Below, piece after piece: positions 42,201 to 53,457 of a stretch of DNA of 64,000 bases. The notes under the pieces are model-generated. The model did not search any database and was not told where the DNA came from. It worked only from the letters and a program-made list of their open reading frames with translations. The translations under genes and the position numbers were made by a program. The DNA is taken from assembly GCA_009914755.4 (NCBI GenBank), contig CP068257.2, forward strand, positions 44,224,001 through 44,288,000, in the 5' to 3' direction. Source of the DNA: the human T2T-CHM13v2.0 reference genome, Homo sapiens. Numbering within the stretch: the first letter of the stretch is position 1; every line of letters begins with the position of its first letter.

Positions 42201-44773
42201 CCCAGGCCCTCACGGATGACTGTGCCTGTCTCTTCTCCCTGTCCCATTGCATGGGCTAAAATGTGCTAAATCTCCAGCACTGGACGGGACAGAGGGAGGG
42301 ACCTGGATGGACCAGAGCTCTGCCTGTTTCTGGAACACAGTGTGGGGAGGGGCGGGCAAGCCTCAGAACGGGCTCCATTCTGAGAAACGGCCAGTCCCAT
42401 GGGGCCTTGGATGCCAGTGGTCCGAGCATGGGCTGCTGCAGGCTCTACTTCAGCCCTTCATTTCCTGGTAGCCACTGAGCTGCCCCATGGACACTGGGCA
42501 GATGGCCAGTGTTAGCTGGGAAGGACAGCAGCAGCCGCAGAGGTGGCAGCAAGGCCAGGGCACTTTGCAGACGGCATGGACGGGTAGGTGCCTAGGGAGA
42601 GCCAGAGAGTGGTTGATGCCTCGTCCACCCTGGCCTTCCGAGTGGTCTGCAGCTCTGGGAGCTGCTGACTGGAGCAGGGTAGGTCCTCTGGGGCTCTGGG
42701 CACTGAGTCCCAGGTGACCCGCACGGCACAGGATGGCCTCTCACTCATGCTGCCCTTGCAGTGAAGAGAGGCACAGGCTGCAGCTCGCTGGCCTGTGTGA
42801 CTGATAGAGGCTGACAGCCTGGAGCCCCAAGCACCCCTGGCAGGAGCTGACCCACTTTCCCTTCCCTGGGCTGGAAACCTTGACATAACAGATGGCTGCA
42901 GGGCCCTGCTGTCCCTCTGATGGGGAGGAGAGTTTTTAATTAAAAGGGAGGCACAGAGCTCCAGACCAGCCACACCGAGATGCAGTCCATGTGTGCGGGT
43001 CCGTCGGCACCCACAGGTGAAAGGGTACAGCCAGGCTTATCTCAGGGTGCCCATGTGCACACAGAGGTGCTTCTCAGGGGCCACGCCATGCATTTGAACT
43101 GATACTCTGCTCTCCTTTCTGAGATCTGTCTACACGAATGCACTACTTAGAATGAGTCACTGAAGCAATGGTGTGAGCTGTGCTGTCCAGCAGAGCTGTC
43201 CGCGGTGCCAGAAATGGCCTCTCTCTGTGCTTTTCCCCCAGTAGCTGCCGCCGCCCACACGAGGCTGTTTGGCACTTTAAATGTGCTTGTGGATGTTTAG
43301 TTTTAAACTGAAAAAGGCACATGTGGCTGTCCTGCTGCACAGTGCAGCGAGAGCATTCTTATGCAAGGGTGATCTTCGGAGCCCTTTGTGCTACGTGAAG
43401 TCCTCCTTAAATGCAACGTGAAAATCCTTGTCCTTCAAAGTGTCATTTTATTACAAATAATAATGTAATAAAATTACAAATTAATACAAATACTATTACA
43501 GATAACAATTTGTAATAAAATTACAATAATTTTGTGATAGTCTGAGTGTGTTGATGAAGTGACCTATACATGTGTTTTTAAGCACAGGTGTAGACAGCGT
43601 AAGCGCGGGTGTAGACAGCGTGTCACTTTGTCAGTGCAGAGGTGCATCCCTGGCTGTGGCTCCCGTCCACCCCCTGACACCTGTGGCTGCTCTTTGTAGA
43701 TCCTCCTTACACACCACAAAGGCAGTTGGAACGGGCTTTACGTCTGTGTTATCTTTGTGTTTTTCTTTTAGCATATTCTTTTAACAGAACTATTTTATTG
43801 AGAAAAAAGCCCTCTGCCCTGACTTTTAACCCATAGCCGCCTCTTCTGTGTGAACCGGTTGAATCAAAGGGCAGTGTCCAGGCAGCTCGATTATGGTGGG
43901 GGGTGCAGCTTCACAGGTTTCTGTTCCTGGTGGGTTTTACGAGCCAGCCCCCTCGGTGAGGTGTTGCCCTTCAGGGAAGGACTCGGGATGAGGCTGACTC
44001 TGCAGAGCCCAGTACCTCGGAGCAGGGTCCCCACCGTGCCACACAAAGTCACCCTGACTGTTGCACGAGTCCCTCACTTCCACTACCATCATTCTTTGCT
44101 GGTCAGTCATAAAATGAGGCCTTAATTTTGCCCAGTGGGCTCCGTCAACTCACTGAATGATGGCACACAGTAGTGACACGATGACTGCAGACAGCACTGT
44201 GTGCTTGGAAGGCACTTGCCGAGAACTGCCAAGGACACCAGCCGTTTGGCAGCTTGGTTGATGGAGACTAAGTCATATGAGAGCATGAGGGGATGAGGAT
44301 GGCAGGCTTGGGACGTGAAGGGCCGGCTCCCACACCCTGGTCAGGGGACTCTGGCACCCCGTGACTGTGTGTTGAGGCCACAGCAGAAGCAGGGGGCAAA
44401 GCCCCAGGGCGCTGGGCCTGTGAGCTGCAAGTCCCCTGGGCCTCACAGGGGTAGCTCCTGCCAGTCTCCGGCTGCTGAGAGAGGTGCTTCCGTGACCCTG
44501 GGCAGATGCAGACCTCGGCCAGGGGCTGCGGTGGCCTGCCCAGCGTCAGGAGGGAGGCAGCCGTGGGGCCTCCCTGGAGACCTCTCCCAAGGCCCTCCCC
44601 TGAACTCCCGTGCACCCTGTGCCCAGCAGGCGAGGCCTGGTCAGCACATGGTGGGTGGGCAACCCCATTCTCCTGCCACCCGGGAGGCCGGAGTGGGAGC
44701 GGCCCAGGACACCCCTGGATGTGCGTGGTCCGTGAGACTCTTCTCTAGCAGCAGCTGTGCCTTCTCTCTCCAG

Positions 44774-44928
44774 GTGACGCCTTCTGGGCCCCATCTGTCC
44801 TTCCTCACAGCACCCTCAGCACCTTAAGCCACCACCCTCAGCCACAATTTGGCAGAAGGATGGAGTCCAAGGTCTCAGAAGGTGGCCTGAATGTGACCCT
44901 CACCATCCGCCTGCTGATGCATGGAAAG
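44774..44928 (+). CDS. PCBP3: PCBP3 coding exon, N-terminal: (G)DAFWAPSVLPHSTLSTLSHHPQPQFGRR-MESKVSEGGLNVTLTIRLLMHGK (start of KH1)
   Basis: Acceptor 'cttctctctccag|GTGACGCC' at 44772-44773. The exon begins in phase 1. An in-frame ATG at 44860 gives MESKVSEGGLNVTLTIRLLMHGK, the PCBP3-specific N-terminus (PCBP1 has MDAGVTESGLN, PCBP2 has MDTGVIEGGLN). Donor 'AAG|gtaagagg' at 44929. The longer isoform would start in an upstream exon not identified in the window. Confidence 0.85.
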
Positions 44929-44931
44929 GTA

Positions 44932-46125
44932 AGAGGAGCCGCCATTGTCTCTGTAGGAAAGGCGGCCGCGGCAGACAGAACCAGAGATGCACTGCCCGGG
45001 CCATTGGCACTGTAGGAAAGGCAGACATGGCACATAGAACCGGAGATGCACTGCCCGGGCCATTGTCTCTGTAGGAAAGGCAGACATGGCACATAGAACC
45101 GGAGATGCACTGCCCGGGCCATTGTCTCTGTAGGAAAGGCGGCCGCGGCACATAGAACCGGAGATGCACTGCCCGGGCCATTGTCTCTGTAGGAAAGGCA
45201 GACATGGCACATAGAACCGGAGATGCACTGCCCGGGCCATTGGCACTGTAGGAAAGGCGGCCGCGGCACATAGAACCAGAGATGCACTGCCCGGGCCATT
45301 GTCTCTGTAGGAAAGGCAGACATGGCACATAGAACTGGAGACGCACTGCCTGGGCCATTGTCTCTGTAGGAAAGGCAGACATGGCACATAGAACCAGAGA
45401 TGCACTGCCCGGGCCATTGTCTCTGTAGGAAAGGCGGCCGCGGCACATAGAACTGGAGACGCACTGCCCGGGCCATTGTCTCTGTAGGAAAGGCAGACAT
45501 GGCACATAGAACCGGAGATGCACTGCCCGGGCCATTGTCTCTGTAGGAAAGGCAGACATGGCACATAGAACCGGAGATGCACTGCCCGGGCCATTGTCTC
45601 TGTAGGAAAGGCGGCCGCGGCACATAGAACTGGAGACGCACTGCCCGGGCCATTGTCTCTGTAGGAAAGGCAGACATGGCACATAGAACCGGAGATGCAC
45701 TGCCCGGGCCATTGGCACTGTAGGAAAGGCGGCCGCGGCACATAGAACCAGAGATGCACTGCCCGGGCCATTGTCTCTGTAGGAAAGGCAGACATGGCAC
45801 ATAGAACCGGAGACGCACTGCCTGGGCCATTGTCTCTGTAGGAAAGGCAGACATGGCACATAGAACCAGAGATGCACTGCCCGGGCCATTGTCTCTGTAG
45901 GAAAGGCGGCCGCGGCACATAGAACTGGAGACGCACTGCCCGGGCCATTGTCTCTGTAGGAAAGGCAGACATGGCACATAGAACCGGAGATGCACTGCCT
46001 GGGCCATTGTCTCTGTAGGAAAGGCGGACATGGCACATAGAACCGGAGATGCACTGCCCGGGCCATTGTCTCTGTAGGAAAGGCGGACATGGCACGCAGA
46101 ACCTGACACTGCCTGGGTCATTGGA
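44932..46125. repeat. 59-bp minisatellite, ~20 copies, starting 4 nt after the exon donor
   Basis: Period 59: successive 60-nt lines of the array shift by one base. Unit 'ccattgtctctgtaggaaaggcagacatggcacatagaaccggagatgcactgcccggg', alternating with a variant carrying 'ggcggccgcggc' (a NotI site). Because 59 is not a multiple of 3, there is a 177-bp / 59-aa protein periodicity. This produces the minus-strand ORFs 44838-46256 (472 aa), 44875-46095 (406 aa) and 44900-46090 (396 aa). Confidence 0.95.
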
Positions 46126-46789
46126 TCATTTTTTAATCTTATTTTAAGCAATCTCAAACTTACAAGGCAGTTATAGGTACAGCCCCTTTGAGACAGTGCC
46201 AACCTGATATCTTCTGCGTGTTTCCTACAAACAGGGACCTTCTCCAGCACAACCACACACAGCCATCAGTGTCAGGGCACCCACACGGATGCGTTCCCAC
46301 CACTGGCCTCCCTTCACAGCGGCCGCAAAGCATCCCCTGGTCCCCTGTCTCAAGTCCCTTCCACCTGGAGTAGGTCGTCGGCTTTGACTGTGCAGTCGGC
46401 ACTTTCTGCACAGCGTGTGTGGAGCACCCATGCCTTGGTCTAGGTCTCCTGGCCGTTGGCAGGAACGTGGCAGCAGCTCTGTCCCGGGGTGTGCCTGTCA
46501 GCCGCTCCCAGGAACCTGTCCTCAGACTTTCAGAGCATGTGTTTCTATCCTCTGGGAGTCAGGTTGCTATGTTGTTCCCCGGCTTTTCCTTCCATGACCA
46601 CGTGATTTGCTCCGATGCCCTCGCTGCCCCTGCTTTGGCCAGAACCCCAAGGCCCGACGAGTCCCTGTTCCTATAGCCCCATCCTGCTCTTTGCTCATCT
46701 TGTCTTCCTTGTCCCAGTCCTGGAACCAGCCACTGCCCCAGCAGCTCCTGTGTGTGGTGGCATGTTCTGGAAGCCAGGATGCATGGTGC

Positions 46790-46850
46790 TCCTGGGCTGC
46801 TGTGGGTCCTGGGCTGCTGTGGGTCCCGAGCTGCTGTGGGTCCTGGGCTG
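46790..46850. repeat. 18-bp tandem repeat x3
   Basis: 'ctgggctgctgtgggtcc' x3. Confidence 0.8.
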
Positions 46851-47309
46851 CACCCCTGCAGAACACTTCCTTCCATGTTCAGCTCCCTATATGGAACCCC
46901 AGTTCCAGCCCCACAGCACAGGGTCCCCCAGTTCTTCCTGCCTCAGGTGTGCACCACGAGGAATCCAACTGCCAGTATCTGTGCGTGGCCTCCCGCCGGG
47001 AGGAGGCTGGCGGAGGCTCTGAGCTCTAGCCCCACAGCACTGGCACATCCTAGATTTCCGGGAAGACACGGCCTCCTCCCCAGGGGAAGGTGGTGGTGCC
47101 CACACCCAGAGCATTCATTCCTGCAGTGGAGACAGAGGGACCTGCCTCTCCAACTGTGGGTGGCAGGAGCCAAGGCGCATGGTAAATGGGGCTCTCTGTG
47201 AGGCCAGGTGCACGGCCCCATCTCCAGCAGCAGCGGCCATGCCACCCAGCTGCACTCTGTGGGGGAGGTGCCATGATTGACGGGGGCCCCTCCCTGTGTC
47301 CAGTGTCCT

Positions 47310-47955
47310 CCTCCCTCCACGGGCCCCTCTGCACACCGTCCTCACAGCCTCCCTCTACACACCGTCCTCACAGCCTCCCTCTGCACACCGTCCTCACAGC
47401 CTCCCTCTACACACCGTCCTCACAGCCTCCCTCTGCACACCGTCCTCACGGCCTCCCTCTGCACACCGTCCTCACAGCCTCCCTCTGCACACCGTCCTCA
47501 CAGCCTCCCTCTGCACACCATCCTCATGGTCTCCCTCTCCTTCCACAGACCCCTCTGCTCGCCATCCTGACGGCCTCCCTCTCCCTCCACGGACCCCTCT
47601 ACACACTGTCCTCCCAGCCTCCCTCTACACGCCATCCTCACAGCCTCCCTCTCCCTCCACGGGCCCCTCTACACACCGTCCTCACGGCCTCCCTCTCCCT
47701 CCACGGGCCCCTCTGCACGCCGTCCTCACGGCCTCCCTCTCTCTCCACGGGCCCCTCTGCACGCCGTCCTCACGGCCTCCCTCTCTCTCCACGGGCCCCT
47801 CTGCACGCCGTCCTCACAGCCTTCCTCTTTTTCCACAGACCCCTCTGCACACCGTCCTCACGGCCTCCCTCTCCCTCCACGGGCCCCTCTGCACGCCGTC
47901 CTCACGGCCTCCCTCTCCCTCCACGGGCCCCTCTGCATGCCGTCCTCACAGCCTC
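47310..47955. repeat. CT-rich 26-bp minisatellite (with ~42-bp unit variants), ~20-25 copies
   Basis: Unit 'ctcacagcctccctctgcacaccgtc', period 26 (47341 to 47367). Later units become 'ctccctctccctccacgggcccctctgcacgccgtcctcacggc'. The 26-bp period gives a 78-bp / 26-aa ORF periodicity, producing ORFs 47186-48190 (334 aa), 47277-47570 and 47296-48003. Confidence 0.9.
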
Positions 47956-48574
47956 ACCGACGTCACCATTGCTGGCCCCGCTTCAGGTGACAGGCCACAG
48001 TAGCACCTGTCAGCTCTGTCCCGCTGCTGGACAGGGAGATACTGGGCCACTCAGCCCAGCGGGGAACGTGTGTCCCGAAACTGCCTTGGGCTCGCCATCA
48101 GAACTGTGGCAGCATCTTCCAGCGTTCCTTTTAACAGGCTGCCGTTGGAATAGGAGTCACGGAGCAATTGCAGTGCTAAGTTTTCTTTAAGTCACACAAT
48201 TGAAGGAGGCTTTATTTTTCACACATTTCTTCCAGAGTTTCCTGGTAGCCTGAGTGCATGGGTGATGCCCCCTGAGTTATTTATCAGGGGCAGCCAGCTG
48301 CCCTCCCCCGGGGCACTTACAGTCAGCCCATCTCTGTCCTGGTCAGGTGGGCGCCAAGGAAGACCCGGCTCAGGGCCTCTGTATGGGCAGCCTGGCTTGT
48401 ACACACACCCCTCCCCACCAGCAGATTCTGAATTCTCCCTTCTTCATGCACACCGGGAAGGTCCCTTCTGCACTCATACCGGGAAGGTAGGCAGGTTTCG
48501 GTAGTGTCTGCCTCCAGTGTTTTCCTCCTCCTGCTCTATGACATCATCTTTCTGTGATTTTTTTTTTCTTGCAG

Positions 48575-48598
48575 GAAGTTGGAAGCATCATCGGGAAG
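48575..48598 (+). CDS. PCBP3: PCBP3 coding microexon (24 bp): EVGSIIGK
   Basis: Acceptor 'tttttttttcttgcag|GAAGTT' and donor 'GGGAAG|gtaatt'. The 8 codons continue KH1 in frame (…LLMHGK|EVGSIIGK|KGETVKK…). Confidence 0.85.
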
Positions 48599-49566
48599 GT
48601 AATTATTGATTGAATCTCTGCCTCTCCTGGGGTCTCTGTAAGGGGATGGTGAGGATGGCAGCCTCCCTGGGTACTAGGTGGCACCCAGTAGGTGCGCCTT
48701 TCCCAGTTGGTGGGTGGTCTGTGTTCCATGAAGACAGGACCCCAGAGGTGTCGCCTTTATGCTGTATGACATTGAAGCTGGTCCCTGGCTCTGCGTGGCC
48801 TGAGGGGAAGGGGTTCACTCCAGCTGGTCGCCTCGCTGCCCCCTGCCCGTGGCCTTGGTGGCCAGTCCTTCTTTCCCGGTTGAAGACCCCACGAAGAATG
48901 ATTTCTCACGCCTTCTTCAGCCGGCTGTGTAGTCTGGGTGGTCTCCAGGAGTGCCAGTGGAGGCAGCAGCCCCCAGACAATTCCTTTCCAAATCAGGGCT
49001 GGCCCGGGGGAAGTAAGGCCCAGTTTGGAAGCCTGCTGCCCCGGGAGGCCGAGCAGTGAGGGCCACCTCCCTGTCTTCATCACATTTTCACCGCTTCCGG
49101 GGGTCCTTCCCCTCAGTCCCACCATGGGGGCGCCTCTAGTAGCTCATTGTCCCGGCTTCCTCCCAAACGCTTGAGAGGGCGCGTCTCTGAGAGTCACCAC
49201 CTCCGGGAGGCTGAGCCAGAGTGTAGCCGGCAATGCGGGGCGCCTGAGGGCACGCACACTGCCATGTGCCATGAGTGAGCTGCCATGGGGAGTCAGGTCA
49301 GACCTGCGCCACCCTTGCCAGCTGTGTGCCTGTAGGTGGGTGCACTTGCATTCCTGGGCCTCAGTTTCCCATCTGAAATGTCTGCCAGGGTGTGGTGGGC
49401 ATGGAGCCTGGCCTTCTTAGTGGAGAGGCTGGTTTGCTCCTCCAGCACAGGCAGGAGGCTCTGCTGTGTGGGCGTATGGGCCAGGCTGCTCCCCACCCAC
49501 CATGGGCCGCGCCGTCCTCAGAGCCAGAGGGATACCTTTTCCTTATTGTCTAAATCTTTATTCCAG

Positions 49567-49599
49567 AAAGGAGAAACTGTGAAGAAGATGCGTGAGGAG
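49567..49599 (+). CDS. PCBP3: PCBP3 coding exon (33 bp): KGETVKKMREE
   Basis: Acceptor 'ctttattccag|AAAGGA' and donor 'GAGGAG|gtgagt'. ETVKKMREE is PCBP3-specific (PCBP1 has ESVKRIREE). Confidence 0.85.
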
Positions 49600-49972
49600 G
49601 TGAGTGTGGTGGGTCCCCACCTGTCCGCAGCCATTCCCGGGTGGGCGGGGTGGGTCCCCAGGCTCTGCCCCTGCCGACGTCCTGCCTGTGCTCTTGGCCA
49701 GCCGGGGTGTGTGGGGAGTGCAGTGCGGGGCCTCTTTTCCCCTACTCAGGCCTCCTGTGCTCCCCTGTGGGGAAGGAATCTGTTGGATTCCTTTTGCTAG
49801 TTAAAATTTCATTGTAAAGGAGATTGTTGAGAAGCATTTTACTGTTCATTCATGGTTTCCGTCAGCAGACAGAGGCATGTGTTTGTGTCAATTGTCAACG
49901 GACTTGCGGCCCCCGACCCACTGGCCCAAGGGTTTTAATCAGGTCGCTGGGGTTTCTCTGCTCTCACCTTAG

Positions 49973-50419
<447 letters not shown>

Positions 50420-50607
50420 TGACCCTTGGGCCACACCAGCACCTCCAGCCTCCAGCCAGCTCTGCCACATGGCTCTCGATGAAGCCCTGGCTGGCACAGC
50501 CCTGGTCCTCAGCCACACAGCACCATGCCTCTGGGGCCCCCGTGACAGCTGATGTAGCCTGGCTGAGATACGGACGGTAAAGGTAGAGGCCATCCGTGAT
50601 AGTGGAT

Positions 50608-50800
50608 ATGAGACAGAGACAGAGAGAGAGACAGAGAGAGAGAGGAAGACAGAGAGAGACAGAGAGATGAGAGAGAGAGAGGAAGACAGAGAGAGACAGA
50701 GAGATGAGAGAGAGAGAGGAAGACAGAGAGAGACAGAGAGATGAGAGAGAGAGAGACAGAAAGAGAGAGAGACAGAGACAGAGAGAGAGCGAGGGGGAGA
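50608..50800. repeat. (GA)n/(GAGACA)n polypurine microsatellite
   Basis: 'agacagagacagagagagagacagagagagagaggaagacagagagagacagagagatgagagagagaga...'. The corresponding ORF is 50339-50827(-), and 50704-50886(+) is a low-complexity artefact. Confidence 0.9.
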
Positions 50801-53250
50801 GAGCAGCACTTCTGTGTATTCTGTCATTGAATGAAATTTTAATGTCTTTATGTGTTTCTAATTTTCTTGAAATTGCTGGAAGTTAGAGATGCATTTAGTG
50901 TCTTTGAGGAGTGACCATTAAGTAATGAGGTGCACTTTGTGGGAATAAACAAAGACCCCTCCAAGGGAGAATGGGCAGAGGCTCTTTATTATCCAAAGCT
51001 GGCCATGGTGGGGGTCGGCGCCATCTTCTGTGCTTGGCAGAGACTCAAAGGCAGGCAGGAGGGGGAGCTTGGGAGTGGGAGAGAAGAGGAGAGATGTGCC
51101 CTGGGGCCAGCAGTAGGGCTAGAAGTGGGGCATCCCATGTGACTGGTTGGAGGAGTGTGCGAGGCCTTTTCCAGTGGGTCCTGAGTTGGAACTGGGGATG
51201 CACATGAGGGAAGCTGACTGCCCAGAGCCGACTGCAGCAGAGCCTGTGGCCTGGCCTCCAAGGCTGGACACTGCAGACACTGGGGCCAGTGTTCCCCTAT
51301 CGTAGGTGGCCTGGCCACTGTCTGTAGGTTGTCTCTTAGTTTCCCCTTTAAGCCACTCTCTCATTTGCAAGAGGATAGACAGTTCAGGAAAGGCTAGAGA
51401 GCCAGGTCACGCCGCTTGGGGATGGTTTAGTTGCCTTTTTGGTCAGCTGTGCTTCAGGGTCCTCTGGATCTTTCTGTTGCTGAGTCATCCTGGCCGTTGT
51501 CTGATGGGAGACTGATGGAATACAGCAGACCAGCATCATGACACCAAAACAGAAACAAGAACAACCCAGTCCCCGGATGGTGGTGAGACCAAGAGCGCCG
51601 TTACCCAACCCAAGGCAAGAGGACACATCCCATAGCCATGAGGACCAGCCTTGGAGAGCCTCATAGCCGCTCCTTAGGGTGCTGGGCAGCCCACTCCTGG
51701 GACCTTCGCTCTGCAGGTAACATGTGCAGTGGCACAGACGCCAGCATGGCTGGCCAGCAAGAAACTGGAGAAAAGCAATCACCCACCGCTGCTTGTGCCA
51801 ACACGTCTTCCACCCAGGGCAGGCGGTGTCCCGAATAACTTCTGCTGGAGTTGGCGATGGGTTTCTGACCGCACTTTCTGCCTGTGTGATTCCCACTGTG
51901 GGGGACACTCAGTCATCCCTTCCACGAGTACACAAATAATCACAGGTGGCCTCGTTTTGGAACTCGAGTTTGAGTCAGAATTTCCAGCTGTGGAGATTAT
52001 AGAATTAGGGTCTTTGTACACAGAGAAGTCTCAGGATACCATTCCTAAGATGTCTGAGGTATTCATCTGAGGCCAGCAGGGCCTGGTGACTGGTCCCAAG
52101 GAAGCAGTGTCTGGTGGAGGCATATGGAGACTGGGGAAGGGCTGTTGCTCAGGACAAGAGGTTGGAACCAAGGCCTGTGTCCTCCAGCTTCAGTTGGGAC
52201 CTGTTTTAGTTTCTCCCTCGTGGCCAGGGTTTCGTGGCCAGTTGCCCCATGCAGGTTGCTGAATTTAAGTTTTGAATGACCTAGGGACCGATCAGTAAAC
52301 TTTAATAATTGGTTGCTTTTCTAGGAGAAAGGGACGCTAGCAAAGTCACAGGCAATTTGTTTAGAGTCAGTTGTCCACGTAGATGCAAGCAGAAAGACCA
52401 TCAGCTGTCATTCCCCAGGGTCCCATTTGATGAGACTGGCATGTCTAGAGATGTGCATCCCTGGGGCCTGGTGGTGGGCGGTGTGTCCAGTGGTCAGTGA
52501 GAGTGAGGGCAGTGGTTACTGTTTGGGATAATCAAGAATGGCACTAGAACGAATATGTGCTAACATAACAATTATCATAAAGTGAAAAGAAAATAGAAAA
52601 GGGACCATCAACAGAGGTGGATGACAACCAGGGGTCCATGGAGAATAAGAGGGAGAATGATTATATATAAGCAGATGAAAAATGAAACAAATCAGACAGA
52701 GGTCTTGTCAGGACATCTGAGCAGACATTGTCCCTTGTCCAAGGTCTTCATCTTGCAGGAAGGTCTGAGATCAGCCGTCTGTTTATGAAGAATGGCTGCC
52801 TCTAGAGGATCTCAGAGAACCTCAGTTTGAGGTCCTGTGTGGGAGTCTTTTTCTAGTTGTGTGGAATTCTGAATCGCTGCTTTGGCTGTGAAATGTGAAA
52901 CCAAGGACTGATTCCTTGGAGTTTCACTGCTGGATTTGTTAGCAATACTTGTAAGACCCCTTGCAATGAGTTTAGAGAAACAGATTTTCTCTGACGTCCC
53001 TTCCAGTAGACAAAATCTCCTGGTTGAAGGTCCTAAGGAGGATGTTTGGGAAGATGTCATGGGAAGCAGCCGTAACCTACGCTATTACGTAGGTTATGTA
53101 GGGCTGTGCTGAGTCCTCTACAGTCATTTGTCATCTCTGCCGCAGCAGGGCAGAGTCGAGTATCAGGAATTCCTAAAGGTACAAGCCTTCCAGTCATCAG
53201 TCCATGGAGGAAGAGCTGAGATGTCTCCAAGCGCGCAGACTGTATGGCCA

Positions 53251-53457
53251 AGGAAGCTCGAGGGATTCGGACAGTTTTCATCTTTTGGTCCTTCGGTTTT
53301 TCCAGAAGACTGTGGATGCTCAGGAAGCTCGAGGGATTTGGAGTTTTCATCTTTTGGTCCTTTGGTTTTTCCAGAAGACTGTGGATGCTCAGGAAGCTCG
53401 AGGGATTTGGAGTTTTCATCTTTTGGTCCTTCGGTTTTTCCAGAAGACTGTGGATGG
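53251..53457. repeat. ~66-bp tandem repeat x3
   Basis: 'aggaagctcgagggatttggagttttcatcttttggtccttcggtttttccagaagactgtggatgctc' x3 (the first copy has a 7-bp insertion). Source of ORFs 53057-53419(-), 53128-53478(+), 53204-53482(+) and 53244-53489(+). Confidence 0.85.

Noticed and set aside
44838-46256. Very long minus-strand ORFs (472, 406 and 396 aa) with periodic sequence (…GPGSASPVLCAMSAFPTETMARAVHLRFYVP…)
   Set aside because: They are translations of the 59-bp VNTR and have a 177-bp / 59-aa periodicity. They show no start context or splice signals. They lie antisense within a PCBP3 intron and resemble no known protein.
47186-48190. 334-aa ORF rich in 'PSSQPPSAHRPHSLPLHTVLTASL' repeats
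   Set aside because: Translation of the 26-bp CT-rich minisatellite, with 78-bp protein periodicity.
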